Shown: positions 17,522 to 27,773 of the stretch, in pieces
Position numbering within the stretch: position 1 is the first letter of the stretch
How the letters are laid out: every line of letters begins with the position of its first letter
Source of the DNA: Candidatus Omnitrophota bacterium
GTDB taxonomy: Bacteria; Omnitrophota; Gorgyraeia; Gygaellales; Profunditerraquicolaceae
NCBI GenBank assembly: GCA_028716245.1
Contig: JAQUQW010000002.1
Location: forward strand, 293,346-357,345
DNA length: 64,000 bases
Direction of reading: 5' to 3'
Notes under the pieces: model-generated
Databases searched by the model: none
What the model was told of the DNA's origin: nothing
What the model saw: the letters and a program-made list of their open reading frames with translations, nothing else
Program-made: the position numbers and the translations under genes

Positions 17522-19536
17522 AGATTATGGAAAAAAATAAACTACTTGAAGAATTCCATTCATTAGTCCAGGTTGATGATCCTGACGGCCATTATGCTCA
17601 AGATATAAAAGATGGCGACTATTTTGGCATGCCCTTAAAGAGTATTGCTGAGGCGGAAAAGCGCCTGCGTTCTTCCGGTCAGCGGGGCATTGCCTATTTT
17701 TCGATGGAATATGGCCTGGCCACCAGCTGTTATAATAAATTATCCAGCCAGCTTCCTTTAAATCCCGGAAATAAAGTTCCGGAAAACGCGGTTTTTTCTA
17801 ATTTTCGCGTGGCGGATTATTTCTTTGCCTTGCACCAGGATAATATCATCGACTTGCCTATTTACAGCGGCGGCCTGGGGATTTTAGCCGGGGACACGGT
17901 CAAAACCATGGCTGATTATAAGCTTCCGGTAGCCGCCATTGGGATACTTTGGAGTTCGGGTTATTTCAGGCAGAAGTTTTGGTTTAAATACGGCCAGGCT
18001 CCCGAGAAAATGCGCTGGGATCCGCGCACTTATCCGGGCCTTATCCCCTTAAAGAATAAAATAAAAATTTCCCTTAAGTCCGAGGATGTTTATCTTCGGC
18101 TTTGGAAATATTATGTTTATAGCCATAAGCATGATGCTGTTGTGCCCTTGATATTATTGGATTCGAATATCGAAGGCAATAGCGCATCCGCCAAAGAGTT
18201 GACCGACCAGCTTTACCGCAGTGATAATGTGTTTTTGAAGTTATTGCAGAGGGTGATGCTGGGGTTTGGCGGAGTGAGCGCGTTAAATGAATTGGGATAT
18301 CAGATCAATACCTATCATCTCAACGAAGGGCATGCCGTATTTGCTTTTGTTGCCAAGGCGCGGGGTTTAAAAAGTGATGCGGTGGATAAGCTTAAAAACA
18401 ATTTTGTTTATACCTGTCATACTCCGGTTGAAGCCGGCCATGATAAGTTTTCTTTTGACGATTTAGATAAGGTGCTTAAAAAAGAAGATACGGAGGTTAT
18501 CGAAAAATACGGTAAGGAACATTCGGGATTAGCCAATCTTACTCTGCTTTCAATGAATATATCTTCGGCGATTAACGCGGTTTCCCATAGCCATCAAGAA
18601 GTAATGCATATCCAGTTTCCCCAATATAAGGAGCGCATACAGTATATTACTAACGGCGTGCATCACTGCACCTGGATGTCGCAGAAGTTCCAGGAACTTT
18701 TTGAAAAGTTCCCCGCGGCTTTCCCTGATTTTAAGAATAATCCGATGATCCTATCCCGGGCTGCGGAGCTTAAAAACAATCCTGATTTTCGCGCCCAGCT
18801 TTGGGAAGCGCATCAGTCGAATAAAGGCGATTTCTGTAAATTCCTGGGTAAGTGGTCGCTGAAGAAAGATTTATTTACGATCTGCTGGGCAAGGAGGATC
18901 GCCGCCTATAAGAGGCCCAGCCTTATTTTGCACGATGTCAACAGGCTGGTGCGTATCGCCGAGGAAATCGGCCCTTTACAGATTATTCTGGCCGGCAAGG
19001 CCCATCCCAGCGATAACCTGGGTTTTACTTATATTAATGAAATGCTGGATAAGGTGGACAAGCTAAATGTAAATTATGACAAATTAAAAATAATCGTGCT
19101 GGAGAATTATGATATTTCCCTTGCCCGGATGCTTACTTCCAGCGTCGATGCCTGGTTGAATAACCCTCTGCCGCCTTTTGAGGCTTCCGGGACAAGCGGG
19201 ATGAAGGCGATTTTAAATGCCGTCCTGCAGATGAGCACGGTTGACGGCTGGGTGGCTGAAGCAACCGACAGAAAAATCGGCGCATTCTTCGGGTATAAGA
19301 ATAGCGAAGGCAGCGTTGGCAATGAATTTGATCTGCACATGGATGATGATTCCGAAGAATTGTATCAGGCCTTAGAAGGGATGGTCGGCCTTTATTATAA
19401 GGCTAACCGCAAAGGCAAAGTTGATATTTCTTCCAAATGGATAGACATGATGATCGAATGTATCTCTACCGCCGCGCAGTTTAATACCTATCGCATGCTC
19501 GATCAATATAAACACCTTATTTGGAAAATTGCTTAA
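17512..19536 (+). CDS. glgP: alpha-glucan phosphorylase (GT35, GlgP-family)
   Basis: GGLGILAGDT glucan-binding motif and EASGTSGMKA pyridoxal-phosphate Lys motif. Confidence 0.85.
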   Translation: MEVKIMEKNKLLEEFHSLVQVDDPDGHYAQDIKDGDYFGMPLKSIAEAEKRLRSSGQRGIAYFSMEYGLATSCYNKLSSQLPLNPGNKVPENAVFSNFRVADYFFALHQDNIIDLPIYSGGLGILAGDTVKTMADYKLPVAAIGILWSSGYFRQKFWFKYGQAPEKMRWDPRTYPGLIPLKNKIKISLKSEDVYLRLWKYYVYSHKHDAVVPLILLDSNIEGNSASAKELTDQLYRSDNVFLKLLQRVMLGFGGVSALNELGYQINTYHLNEGHAVFAFVAKARGLKSDAVDKLKNNFVYTCHTPVEAGHDKFSFDDLDKVLKKEDTEVIEKYGKEHSGLANLTLLSMNISSAINAVSHSHQEVMHIQFPQYKERIQYITNGVHHCTWMSQKFQELFEKFPAAFPDFKNNPMILSRAAELKNNPDFRAQLWEAHQSNKGDFCKFLGKWSLKKDLFTICWARRIAAYKRPSLILHDVNRLVRIAEEIGPLQIILAGKAHPSDNLGFTYINEMLDKVDKLNVNYDKLKIIVLENYDISLARMLTSSVDAWLNNPLPPFEASGTSGMKAILNAVLQMSTVDGWVAEATDRKIGAFFGYKNSEGSVGNEFDLHMDDDSEELYQALEGMVGLYYKANRKGKVDISSKWIDMMIECISTAAQFNTYRMLDQYKHLIWKIA

Positions 19537-19584
19537 AATCCGTATAGATTTATTTCCGGAATATGATAAGATAACTAAAACTTT

Positions 19585-19658
19585 GCGCCCATAGCTCAAC
19601 TGGATAGAGCACCAGCCTACGGAGCTGGTTGTTGCTGGTTCGACCCCAGCTGGGCGCA
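19585..19658 (+). tRNA. tRNA-Arg (anticodon ACG)
   Basis: acceptor GCGCCCA/TGGGCGC, D-stem GCTC/GAGC, anticodon stem CCAGC/GCTGG with loop cTACGga, T-loop GGTTCGACC. Confidence 0.8.
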
Positions 19659-19689
19659 CTAAATCGTGATCAAAAAACAGATTATCTAT

Positions 19690-20124
19690 ATGCAAGAAGC
19701 TTTAAAAGAAGCAGAGAAGGCTTTTTGCGAAGATGAAGTTCCGGTCGGAGCGGTAATCGTCCACAAGGATAAAATTATTGCCCGCGGCCATAATCAGATT
19801 GAGCGCCTGAAAGACCCCACAGCGCATGCCGAAATAATTGCCATAACCAGCGCCGCCAGTTATCTTGGGACAAAGTGGTTGAACCAGGCCAGCCTCTATG
19901 TTACAATTGAGCCGTGCAGTATGTGCGCGGGGGCATTGGTCCTGGCGCGGATAAAAAACCTGTATTTTGGCTCAAGCGACCCCAAAACCGGCGCCTGCGG
20001 TTCGATAATCAATATTGTAAACCATAAAAAATTAAATCACCGGATTAAAGTTACCGGTGGAATTTTGCAGGAAGAATGCAGTAGTATTTTAAAGGATTTT
20101 TTTAAAAAGAAACGCAAGCAATAG
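19690..20124 (+). CDS. tadA: tRNA-specific adenosine deaminase
   Basis: HAEIIA and PCSMCAGAL zinc-binding deaminase motifs. An in-frame GTG at 19666 is an alternative start. Confidence 0.85.
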   Translation: MQEALKEAEKAFCEDEVPVGAVIVHKDKIIARGHNQIERLKDPTAHAEIIAITSAASYLGTKWLNQASLYVTIEPCSMCAGALVLARIKNLYFGSSDPKTGACGSIINIVNHKKLNHRIKVTGGILQEECSSILKDFFKKKRKQ

Positions 20125-20137
20125 CTAGAAAATTTTT

Positions 20138-20226
20138 GGAGAGATGGCTGAGTGGTCGAAAGCGAATCACTGCTAATGATTCGACCTGAGTAATCGGGTC
20201 CCTGGGTTCGAATCCCAGTCTCTCCG
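20138..20226 (+). tRNA. tRNA-Ser (anticodon GCT)
   Basis: acceptor GGAGAGA/TCTCTCC, anticodon stem AATCA/TGATT with loop cTGCTaa, long variable arm. Confidence 0.8.
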
Positions 20227-20255
20227 TTAAAATTTTGCAACAAGGAGAATAAACT

Positions 20256-20489
20256 ATGATTATGTCAATCGGATTGACTTTTCCAGGCTCACTGCAGGAT
20301 GAAAGCATACTTTGTTATATTTGTAAAAAGTACAATGTTAACTTAAACATTATTGAGGCGTCTTTTTCCATGGATGCCGGATGGGCGATCCTGCAGATAG
20401 AGGGGCTTGAGGAAGAAATTAAAACGGTCTTTACCTACCTGTCAGAAAAAGGCGTGAAAGTACAGCAGATCCAAATAAATAAAAAATAA
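20256..20489 (+). CDS. small hypothetical protein, NIL/ACT-like fold suspected
   Basis: 77 aa; the ..EGLEEEIKTVFTYLSEKGVKVQQI ending resembles NIL domains. Weak. Confidence 0.3.
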   Translation: MIMSIGLTFPGSLQDESILCYICKKYNVNLNIIEASFSMDAGWAILQIEGLEEEIKTVFTYLSEKGVKVQQIQINKK

Positions 20490-20500
20490 TATTTTTCCCC

Positions 20501-22048
20501 ATGTCTTATACCGTATTTGCCCTAAAATGGCGCCCGCAGGATTTTGAAAGCATTATCGGACAAGACCATATCGTCGGCACTCTTAAAAACGCGATTCAGA
20601 AGGATCGCCTTGCTCACGCCTATCTTTTTGCCGGGCCAAGAGGAGTGGGCAAAACTTCAACCGCAAGGATTTTGGCCAAAGCGCTTAATTGTAAAGAAGG
20701 CCCGACTTTAAAACCCTGCCAGAAATGCCCATCATGTTTAGAGATTAATCAGGGCCGCTCCCTGGATGTTATTGAAATTGACGGCGCCTCTAACCGCGGT
20801 ATCGATGAAATAAGGGCTTTGCGCGAAAATGTAAAATTCTCTCCCACCCAGGGTAAATATAAAGTTTATATCATTGATGAGGTGCATCAGATAACCCCGG
20901 ATGGTTTTAATGCTTTACTGAAAACCCTTGAGGAGCCGCCGGAATTCGTAAAATTTATTTTTGCCACAACCCATCCGCAGAAGGTTATGCCGACGATTAT
21001 TTCCCGCTGCCAGCGTATGGATTTTCGCCGGATTACGGTCATTGAAATTATCGCCCAGCTTGAGAAAATTATCCGCGCAGAAAAAATCACCATCGATAAG
21101 GAAGTGCTTTTTGCGATTGCCAAAAGCAGCGATGGTTCGTTGCGGGATGCTGAATCCATTTTGGACCAGCTGGTATCTTTTTCCCGGGGCAATGTATCTT
21201 TAAAAGATGCTATTTCTGTTTTAGGCATGGTTGAACAGGATGTATTGTTTGAGCTCACCGGCAAGATAATCCAAAAAGACCCTGCGCAAGCCCTGAAGCT
21301 TTTTAACGCGATTATCGACGATGGAAAAGACCCGGGTGTGTTTTTGGTTAACCTGATCGAACATTTCCGTAACCTGATGGTGGCTAAAGTTTCTAAGGCG
21401 GATTCAAAATTGGTTGACCTGCCGCAGGAGGTTTGCGACCGCCTATTTAAGCAGAGCCAGTTACTCAGCTTAGAGGAGATTTTTACCGCTTTTAATATTT
21501 TAATCGCTACGCAGGAAATGACCAGGCGCCTGGATTCCCAGCGGATACCCCTCGAGATAAGTTTGGTAAGATTAGCGTATAAGAAGTTGGAGAGTAAGAA
21601 TCAGGTTGAGCCAAAGCCGGCAGCCGTAGTTCCTGAAAGAAAAGAGCAGCCGCTTCCGGAAGAACCGGTTCAAGATGCCTCAACGCAAACTCCGCAAGCG
21701 TCAATTTCTTTAGAAAGCGTAAAGAATGTTTGGAGTAATATTATTAATAATCTGGCCAAGATTAAAATGTCGGTATCGACCTATTTGAGTGAAGGGGAGC
21801 CGACGAAAGTGCAGGGTAATATGGTAACCATAGGATTTCCTAAAAGTTGTTCTTTGCATAAAGAATCTTTGGACCGCAAAGAAAATAAGGATCTCATCGA
21901 GAAAACCGCCTCTGAATTATGCAACGCGGATTTAAGGGTAAATTTTATTTTGACCGCGCAGATGCAGCAGGAAACAGACACGCGCAGCAACCCTTTTATT
22001 AAATCCGCCATCGAGATGTTCGGAGGAAGGGTGGTTAGAGAAGACTAA
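20501..22048 (+). CDS. dnaX: DNA polymerase III subunit gamma/tau
   Basis: AAA+ Walker A GPRGVGKTST, zinc module CQKCPSC, sensor motifs. Confidence 0.9.
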   Translation: MSYTVFALKWRPQDFESIIGQDHIVGTLKNAIQKDRLAHAYLFAGPRGVGKTSTARILAKALNCKEGPTLKPCQKCPSCLEINQGRSLDVIEIDGASNRGIDEIRALRENVKFSPTQGKYKVYIIDEVHQITPDGFNALLKTLEEPPEFVKFIFATTHPQKVMPTIISRCQRMDFRRITVIEIIAQLEKIIRAEKITIDKEVLFAIAKSSDGSLRDAESILDQLVSFSRGNVSLKDAISVLGMVEQDVLFELTGKIIQKDPAQALKLFNAIIDDGKDPGVFLVNLIEHFRNLMVAKVSKADSKLVDLPQEVCDRLFKQSQLLSLEEIFTAFNILIATQEMTRRLDSQRIPLEISLVRLAYKKLESKNQVEPKPAAVVPERKEQPLPEEPVQDASTQTPQASISLESVKNVWSNIINNLAKIKMSVSTYLSEGEPTKVQGNMVTIGFPKSCSLHKESLDRKENKDLIEKTASELCNADLRVNFILTAQMQQETDTRSNPFIKSAIEMFGGRVVRED

Positions 22049-22647
22049 TGGCTAATTATACGGCTTCTATAGATAAATTAATCGATTGTTTAATCAAGCT
22101 GCCCGGTGTTGGCAGGCGTAGCGCTGAACGTATTGTCGCCCATGTTTTAGGCGCCTCTAATGATGAAATCAAAATTTTAGCCGAATGTTTGAATAAGGTA
22201 AAAGAGAACGTGCGTTCCTGCCAAATTTGCAATAACCTCAGCGAAGAAGAAACTTGTAAGATTTGCCAGGACCTTAGCCGGCAGAAGGATATTGTCTGCG
22301 TAGTGGAAAAACCCAGCGATGTTACGGCGATTGAAAAGGCGGGCAATTTCCACGGGGTTTATCATGTTTTGCTTGGTTCGATATCTCCTCTTGAAGGAAG
22401 GGGCCCCGGCGACTTGAAGATTGACGGGCTTATCCAGAGGACAAAACAGGGCGGCATTAAAGAGATAATTATTGCTACCGACGCGGATACCGAAGGCGAA
22501 ACTACCGGTATTTATCTTACTAAATTACTTAAACCACTAGGCGTGCATTTAAGCCGCATCGGATTAGGAATACCGGTAGGTTCAAACCTGGAATACGCTG
22601 ATGCCACTACCCTTTCGAAGTCTTTAGAATCTCGCCGCGCAATTTAA
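22048..22647 (+). CDS. recR: recombination protein RecR
   Basis: HhH LPGVGRRSAERI, C4 zinc finger CQICNN..CKIC, Toprim domain. Confidence 0.9.
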   Translation: MANYTASIDKLIDCLIKLPGVGRRSAERIVAHVLGASNDEIKILAECLNKVKENVRSCQICNNLSEEETCKICQDLSRQKDIVCVVEKPSDVTAIEKAGNFHGVYHVLLGSISPLEGRGPGDLKIDGLIQRTKQGGIKEIIIATDADTEGETTGIYLTKLLKPLGVHLSRIGLGIPVGSNLEYADATTLSKSLESRRAI

Positions 22648-22652
22648 TTCTT

Positions 22653-24578
22653 ATGATCAATATTACTAATCTCTCAAAAAATTACGGCGCCAAAGTCCTT
22701 TTTGAGAATATTTCCCTTAATATAAACCAGGGGGAGAAGATCGGCCTGATCGGGCCAAACGGTACAGGCAAGAGTACATTGTTTTCTTTAATCCTGCGGG
22801 AAACCGAACCTTCCAAAGGAGAGGTGAGGGTAAATAAGGGGGTGCATATCGGCTATCTCCCCCAGGAGGCAAGTTTTAAATCCGATCATACGGTGCTGGC
22901 GGAATTAACCGAAGGCGATGAGCGGATCATGCGTTTTAAAAAAGAAAAGGAAATGCTGGAGTCCAAAAACGAAGCCGGCTCAAAGCGTTACGGTGAAATC
23001 TTGCATGAGCTGGAAACTTTGGGTTTTTTTGAATTGGAGCATAAAGCCGAAAAGATCCTTTCGGGATTAGGTTTTAAAGAGAGAGATTTCAGCCGCTTGA
23101 TTTCGCAAATGAGCGGAGGCTGGCAGATGCGCGCTCTTTTGGCCAAACTGCTTACTTATCATTACGATCTTTTGCTTTTAGATGAACCGACTAACTATCT
23201 GGATTTAAATGCCGCTTTATGGCTTAAAGATTATTTGGCAGGTTTTCGGGGAACTTTTATCATGATTTCCCACGATAAGGCTTTTTTGACCGATGTCACC
23301 AATTATACGTTGATTTTAGAAAATGGCTCGATTTTTAAGGTCCAAGGTAATTATGAACATTACGAGGAGATCAAAGCGCAGAAGCGCACGCATTTGCTTA
23401 AGCAATCCAAGGAGCAGGATAAAAAAATTCAGCAGCTGGAAAAGTTTGTCTCAAGATTCCACGCCCAGCCAAATAAGGCGGCTTCGGTGCGGGCAAAACG
23501 GCGGGTTTTGGAAAAAATGGAAGAAGAAAAAATTGTTTTGCCTGCTGACCCGCGCCAGAGTATCCATGAGTTTGTTTTTCCGCAAACCCGCCGGTCAGGG
23601 CACAGGATAATCACCCTGGAGAATATTTCAAAATCTTACGGAGAGATTAAGGTTTATGAGGGCCTGGATTTTGAAATAACCCAGGGAGAAAAAGCGGTTT
23701 TAGCCGGTGAAAACGGCGCGGGTAAATCTACCTTGCTGAAAATATTGGCCGGCATTGTTGATATTGACAGCGGAAACAGGATCGTCGGCCATAATGTGGA
23801 TATCGGTTATTTCTCGCAAACCCGTACCGATGTTCTTAATGTTGAAAATACCGTTTTGCAGGAGGCTTATTCGGCGGCGCCCGGATATATGGCCGAAGAG
23901 TCGGTCAGGACGATCCTAGGCGCGTTTTTATTCAGCGGCGATGACGCTGATAAAAAAGTTAAGGTATTATCCGGAGGAGAGAAGAGCCGGCTTATTTTGG
24001 CTAAACTTTTGATCGACCCTCCGAACTTCCTGCTTTTGGATGAGCCGACTACTCATCTGGATGTAGACGCTGTTGATGCTTTGGTGCGCGCGCTAAAAAA
24101 TTATGAGGGCACGATTGTTTTTATCAGCCATGATATTTATTTTGTAAGTTCGGTGGCAAATAATGTTTTCGAGGTAAAAAGCGGCAGGGTCAGGAAATTT
24201 CCCGGGACTTTTGATTATTACCTTGAGAAACGCGATACTTTAGTTAATACTGAGGAAGTTAAAAAATCAAAGGCTATTGCTCATAAACCAACTGATGAAG
24301 TAAAAGAGAAAGCCAAAGAAGAAGAGCGCCTGCGTAAGACCGAAGAGAAGAAACGTAAAGCTGATAATTCAGTTATCCGCGATAAAATTAATAAACTGCT
24401 GAAGAAAAAAGAGGAATTGGAGTTGGAAAGTTACGCCAAGGCCCGGGCCTTATCCAATCCGCATTTTTATCGCGACGAAGAAACAGCCAAGGAATATGGC
24501 CGCCGGATGAAGGAGATTGAGAAGCTTATTTTGGAGATTTTAGAGCAGATAAAAGCCCTTGAAAACCAGATTATTTAG
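22653..24578 (+). CDS. ABC-F family ATPase (two ABC domains, charged coiled-coil tail; Uup/EttA-like)
   Basis: Two Walker A (GPNGTGKST, GENGAGKST), two LSGG signatures, no TM domain. Confidence 0.85.
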   Translation: MINITNLSKNYGAKVLFENISLNINQGEKIGLIGPNGTGKSTLFSLILRETEPSKGEVRVNKGVHIGYLPQEASFKSDHTVLAELTEGDERIMRFKKEKEMLESKNEAGSKRYGEILHELETLGFFELEHKAEKILSGLGFKERDFSRLISQMSGGWQMRALLAKLLTYHYDLLLLDEPTNYLDLNAALWLKDYLAGFRGTFIMISHDKAFLTDVTNYTLILENGSIFKVQGNYEHYEEIKAQKRTHLLKQSKEQDKKIQQLEKFVSRFHAQPNKAASVRAKRRVLEKMEEEKIVLPADPRQSIHEFVFPQTRRSGHRIITLENISKSYGEIKVYEGLDFEITQGEKAVLAGENGAGKSTLLKILAGIVDIDSGNRIVGHNVDIGYFSQTRTDVLNVENTVLQEAYSAAPGYMAEESVRTILGAFLFSGDDADKKVKVLSGGEKSRLILAKLLIDPPNFLLLDEPTTHLDVDAVDALVRALKNYEGTIVFISHDIYFVSSVANNVFEVKSGRVRKFPGTFDYYLEKRDTLVNTEEVKKSKAIAHKPTDEVKEKAKEEERLRKTEEKKRKADNSVIRDKINKLLKKKEELELESYAKARALSNPHFYRDEETAKEYGRRMKEIEKLILEILEQIKALENQII

Positions 24579-24607
24579 TGTTAAAATGCCAGACAAATTT
24601 GGCTTAT

Positions 24608-24680
24608 TCCCCCTTAGCTCAGTTGGTAGAGCGAGAGACTGTTAATCTCCAGGTCCTAGGTTCGAGTCCTAGAGGGGGAG
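24608..24680 (+). tRNA. tRNA-Asn (anticodon GTT)
   Basis: acceptor TCCCCCT/AGGGGGA, D-stem GCTC/GAGC, anticodon loop cTGTTaa, T-stem CTAGG/CCTAG. Confidence 0.75.
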
Positions 24681-24843
24681 ATTTTATTGCGTATATTTTT
24701 GTTTGCATATACAATATATAAATAAGACTAATAAGTACAGAGTCGTCCTTATTGGGTGATAAGCGCAAAGTAGGCGTTCATAATGTTGTTGTTTAAACAT
24801 AATGGATGCCTTTTATTTTTGAGGAAATAGAGAGTAACGCATA

Positions 24844-25392
24844 ATGAAAAAAAATATAATCGCTGCAACAGCGCTGGTTCTTAGTTTATGTTACACTTCC
24901 TGTTTTGCGGGAGAGATTGACGTCCATTTTTTCGGGTTTAGTTATCATTTTGACAAGAATGGGGCTAAAAAGGATGCTCCAAACAGGTTAGATAGGAATG
25001 ACCAGTTGATATTTAATCCGGGCATGGGCATGGGTTATGATTTTCGGGAGAGTATAAAGAAAGAAGGGTTTTCTCCGGTTACCTTACTCGGATTTTTCCA
25101 GAATTGCTCTAATTCGCCGTTTTTCTTCGGCGGCGGAGGGTTAAGGTATAGGAAATTCGTGATTGGAAAATTATTCTGGGAGGCAAATGCTCTTGGGATA
25201 TTTGCCTGCGGAAAAGATTGGGATGAAAATAGTTTTATATACGGCGTTATGCCTTATGCAAACACCGGCTTTGGCTATGATTTTGGCGGCCATCTTATGA
25301 CGCTATTATTCGGTTACGCGCCCAAGAACAGCGGCAATTCCATAACAAACGGTACGGATATGTTGTTTGTTAGCTTGGAAGTTTCCTTTTGA
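24844..25392 (+). CDS. small outer-membrane beta-barrel protein (PagL/OmpW-like)
   Basis: Signal peptide, alternating beta pattern, C-terminal Phe; 182 aa. Confidence 0.4.
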   Translation: MKKNIIAATALVLSLCYTSCFAGEIDVHFFGFSYHFDKNGAKKDAPNRLDRNDQLIFNPGMGMGYDFRESIKKEGFSPVTLLGFFQNCSNSPFFFGGGGLRYRKFVIGKLFWEANALGIFACGKDWDENSFIYGVMPYANTGFGYDFGGHLMTLLFGYAPKNSGNSITNGTDMLFVSLEVSF

Positions 25393-25423
25393 AAGAAAGA
25401 TATTAATTAAAAGGATAAATATA

Positions 25424-25612
25424 ATGATCAGAAAAGTAAGCCCAAAGACTGTAAAGGCAACCTCAAAAGCGAAAAAAGGGATGAGATTTGTCTGTGATTC
25501 ATGTGGGATGATTCTTACAGTGGAAAAGACCTGCTCGTGTGATTGTTGCGATATTATCTGTTGCGGTCAGGATATGAAGGTTTTAAGTTTCTGTCCCAAA
25601 GTTAAGGAATAG
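25424..25612 (+). CDS. desulforedoxin-like small Cys-rich protein (Dfx N-terminal-domain type)
   Basis: FVCDSCGMILTV..CCGQDMKVL matches the CxxCG..CCG rubredoxin-like Fe(Cys)4 pattern. Start moved to the Met behind RBS AAAAGGA. Confidence 0.55.
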   Translation: MIRKVSPKTVKATSKAKKGMRFVCDSCGMILTVEKTCSCDCCDIICCGQDMKVLSFCPKVKE

Positions 25613-25779
25613 CTTAAGCAGCCAAGGCGAGTTCTTGACGTAGTTTCTCTATTTCCCCTGAGGCTATAAAAGTTCTAAACTCGTCCACGATGGGGAGTTT
25701 GACTTCCTAATTTTCTATGGTAAAATATATTACAGAGGATTTTAATTTGGGATAAAATAAAACTAAAAAAGGAGGGAAG

Positions 25780-26355
25780 ATGAAAAGGTTCTTGGGGTTA
25801 GTAATAATATTTGGTTCTGTAAGTTTTTTTGCTCTAACGTCAATTTATGCTGCAGTTGACACGGATAAAGTTTTTAATGATATTAAGGGTGACCTACAAA
25901 ATAAAGGGATAGAGGCTGGAGAGATTGACGGGGTTAGAAAACCAGTGGTAGAGATGCTGGAAAAGGGTGCCGCCAAGGATGAGATAGAAAATTCTCTGTT
26001 AGACTTATCAAAAAATGGCGTAAAAGGAAAAGAGTTGAGAGAATCAGTTAATTCAATGGATGATTTGGTGAAAGGTGGTAAATCGCCCAGGGAGGCAGGA
26101 AATGTTGTTTCTCGGGCGGTTCATCAGGCTCAGGCTGAAGGATTAAGAGGAACGGCTCTAGCTGATAAGGTCCATGAGGCTATCAAAAAAATGCAGACAG
26201 AAAAAAGAGAATCAATAGAAACGAAAGAGGAACGAAAGGAAACTGAGAATGTTGGAACAAAGATGGAAGAAGGAAGCAGGAAAGGCAATTTTCCATCTGG
26301 AGCACACGGCGGTGGCATGGGGCATATGGGTCAAGGACACGGTCACAACAGGTAA
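25780..26355 (+). CDS. secreted protein with His/Gly-rich C-terminal tail (possible metal binding)
   Basis: Signal peptide; tail GAHGGGMGHMGQGHGHNR. Confidence 0.4.
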   Translation: MKRFLGLVIIFGSVSFFALTSIYAAVDTDKVFNDIKGDLQNKGIEAGEIDGVRKPVVEMLEKGAAKDEIENSLLDLSKNGVKGKELRESVNSMDDLVKGGKSPREAGNVVSRAVHQAQAEGLRGTALADKVHEAIKKMQTEKRESIETKEERKETENVGTKMEEGSRKGNFPSGAHGGGMGHMGQGHGHNR

Positions 26356-26390
26356 GTTGTATAATATTTTTAATACAAAGGAGAAACATC

Positions 26391-26927
26391 ATGAAAAGGC
26401 TTCAACTTTTCTTGGCACCAATGATTATGTCCGGGGTATTGGTTTTATCCGGCTGTGAACCGGCTCCAGGCTCAGCAGCGTATAACTCAATGCTGCGACA
26501 CCCGCTGGCTGCGCAAGTTACGGGTGGCTCAACATCGGCCCCAACACTGGGCCCAAGCTTCAAACAGGCGCAAATACCTGCTGGCAAAGCGGTAGTCTTC
26601 ATTTATCGTCCCGCTGGTTCCGGTGTCGGAGGCGCAGCGTTACCTTTCGACGTAAAAGCAAATGGCAAAGCTCTAACAACACTGACTCAGGGTGGGTATT
26701 ACGCGTATGTCACCGAACCCGGCAATATAGAATTTACGGCTTTTGATACTGGATTTATGGCGCCAAGCTCAATATTCTCCATAGCTGTCGATGCAAAAGC
26801 AGGTCTTGCATATTACCTTAAAGGCGCACATGGCAAGGGAACTATGGGAAGGGCGCATCTGGAATTAGTCTCCCCGGAAGCAGGAGCGCATGAAATAGCT
26901 GACTGCAAACTAACAACAACGCAGTGA
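26391..26927 (+). CDS. lipoprotein (DUF2846-like)
   Basis: Lipobox LSGC; this ORF is markedly more GC-rich than the neighbouring ORFs. Confidence 0.5.
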   Translation: MKRLQLFLAPMIMSGVLVLSGCEPAPGSAAYNSMLRHPLAAQVTGGSTSAPTLGPSFKQAQIPAGKAVVFIYRPAGSGVGGAALPFDVKANGKALTTLTQGGYYAYVTEPGNIEFTAFDTGFMAPSSIFSIAVDAKAGLAYYLKGAHGKGTMGRAHLELVSPEAGAHEIADCKLTTTQ

Positions 26928-26965
26928 GTGTCAGCGTGATGAGTTAAAGAAAGAAAGGAGCTTAT

Positions 26966-27580
26966 ATGCACTCCAAGTTCAGAATGGCGGTTCTGTTTTT
27001 ATTGATCGTAGTTACGGCCCTATCGTTAACAGGTTGCTGCGGAGTTTTCCCCTCGCTGCCTTGGTGTTCTCATGTGTCAAAACCCACTGATTCAGAAATT
27101 GCGGCCAGGATAGAAGTTAGGAAGAATCGGGAACTGGCAGAATCGACAGTTTCGGCAATTAAGGAAAAGTTCAAAGGCAAAGAAACAGAAGCAGCCTACA
27201 TTAATGCCAGGGATCTATATGTTAAAGCTATGAGCGAAAATAATGCTTGGTTGTCAGTGCTTGCATCGAGTATAGAAAACAATGAGGATTTGGAAGGAGC
27301 GGATTCTTTTAAAAAGCAGTCAAAGGTAGCCGCTGATACCGCGGAATCCTTCCTGGCGTATGGAAAAGAGACATTGATGGGGAAGCCAAGCATAGAAAAA
27401 GCTGCTTTTACAACCAAGAGTTTAGCGCTAGCGCCTATCGCTGATCTGATAACAGCACTTGTGACTAATGGGATAACTATCTGGAAAGAAAATAGAGCTC
27501 AAGCAGCCAGAGAAAGAATGGCAAGGGCAGAGAACATTAGGAAAGAATTAAGCTGGAAAACATGGAAACAGATTGAATAG
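26966..27580 (+). CDS. lipoprotein, hypothetical
   Basis: Lipobox LTGCC. Confidence 0.45.
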   Translation: MHSKFRMAVLFLLIVVTALSLTGCCGVFPSLPWCSHVSKPTDSEIAARIEVRKNRELAESTVSAIKEKFKGKETEAAYINARDLYVKAMSENNAWLSVLASSIENNEDLEGADSFKKQSKVAADTAESFLAYGKETLMGKPSIEKAAFTTKSLALAPIADLITALVTNGITIWKENRAQAARERMARAENIRKELSWKTWKQIE

Positions 27581-27628
27581 GTTTATCTGCCACCCAGGTT
27601 TGTGTGCAAGCTGAGCCGATAAAATCGT

Positions 27629-27663
27629 AAAAGCCCTGTTATTTATGTAACAGGGCTTTTTTG
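27629..27663 (+). terminator. rho-independent terminator
   Basis: AAAGCCCTGTTA tttatg TAACAGGGCTTT followed by a T-run. Confidence 0.7.
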
Positions 27664-27773
27664 TGGGAACATCACCAGAGATAATGAGAGCCTAAAAAGT
27701 GATTATTGAGGGGGGCTAATTTTTGCTTGCAAGGCCTCTTTTTCAAGACTACAATATTAAAGAATGGTATTAA

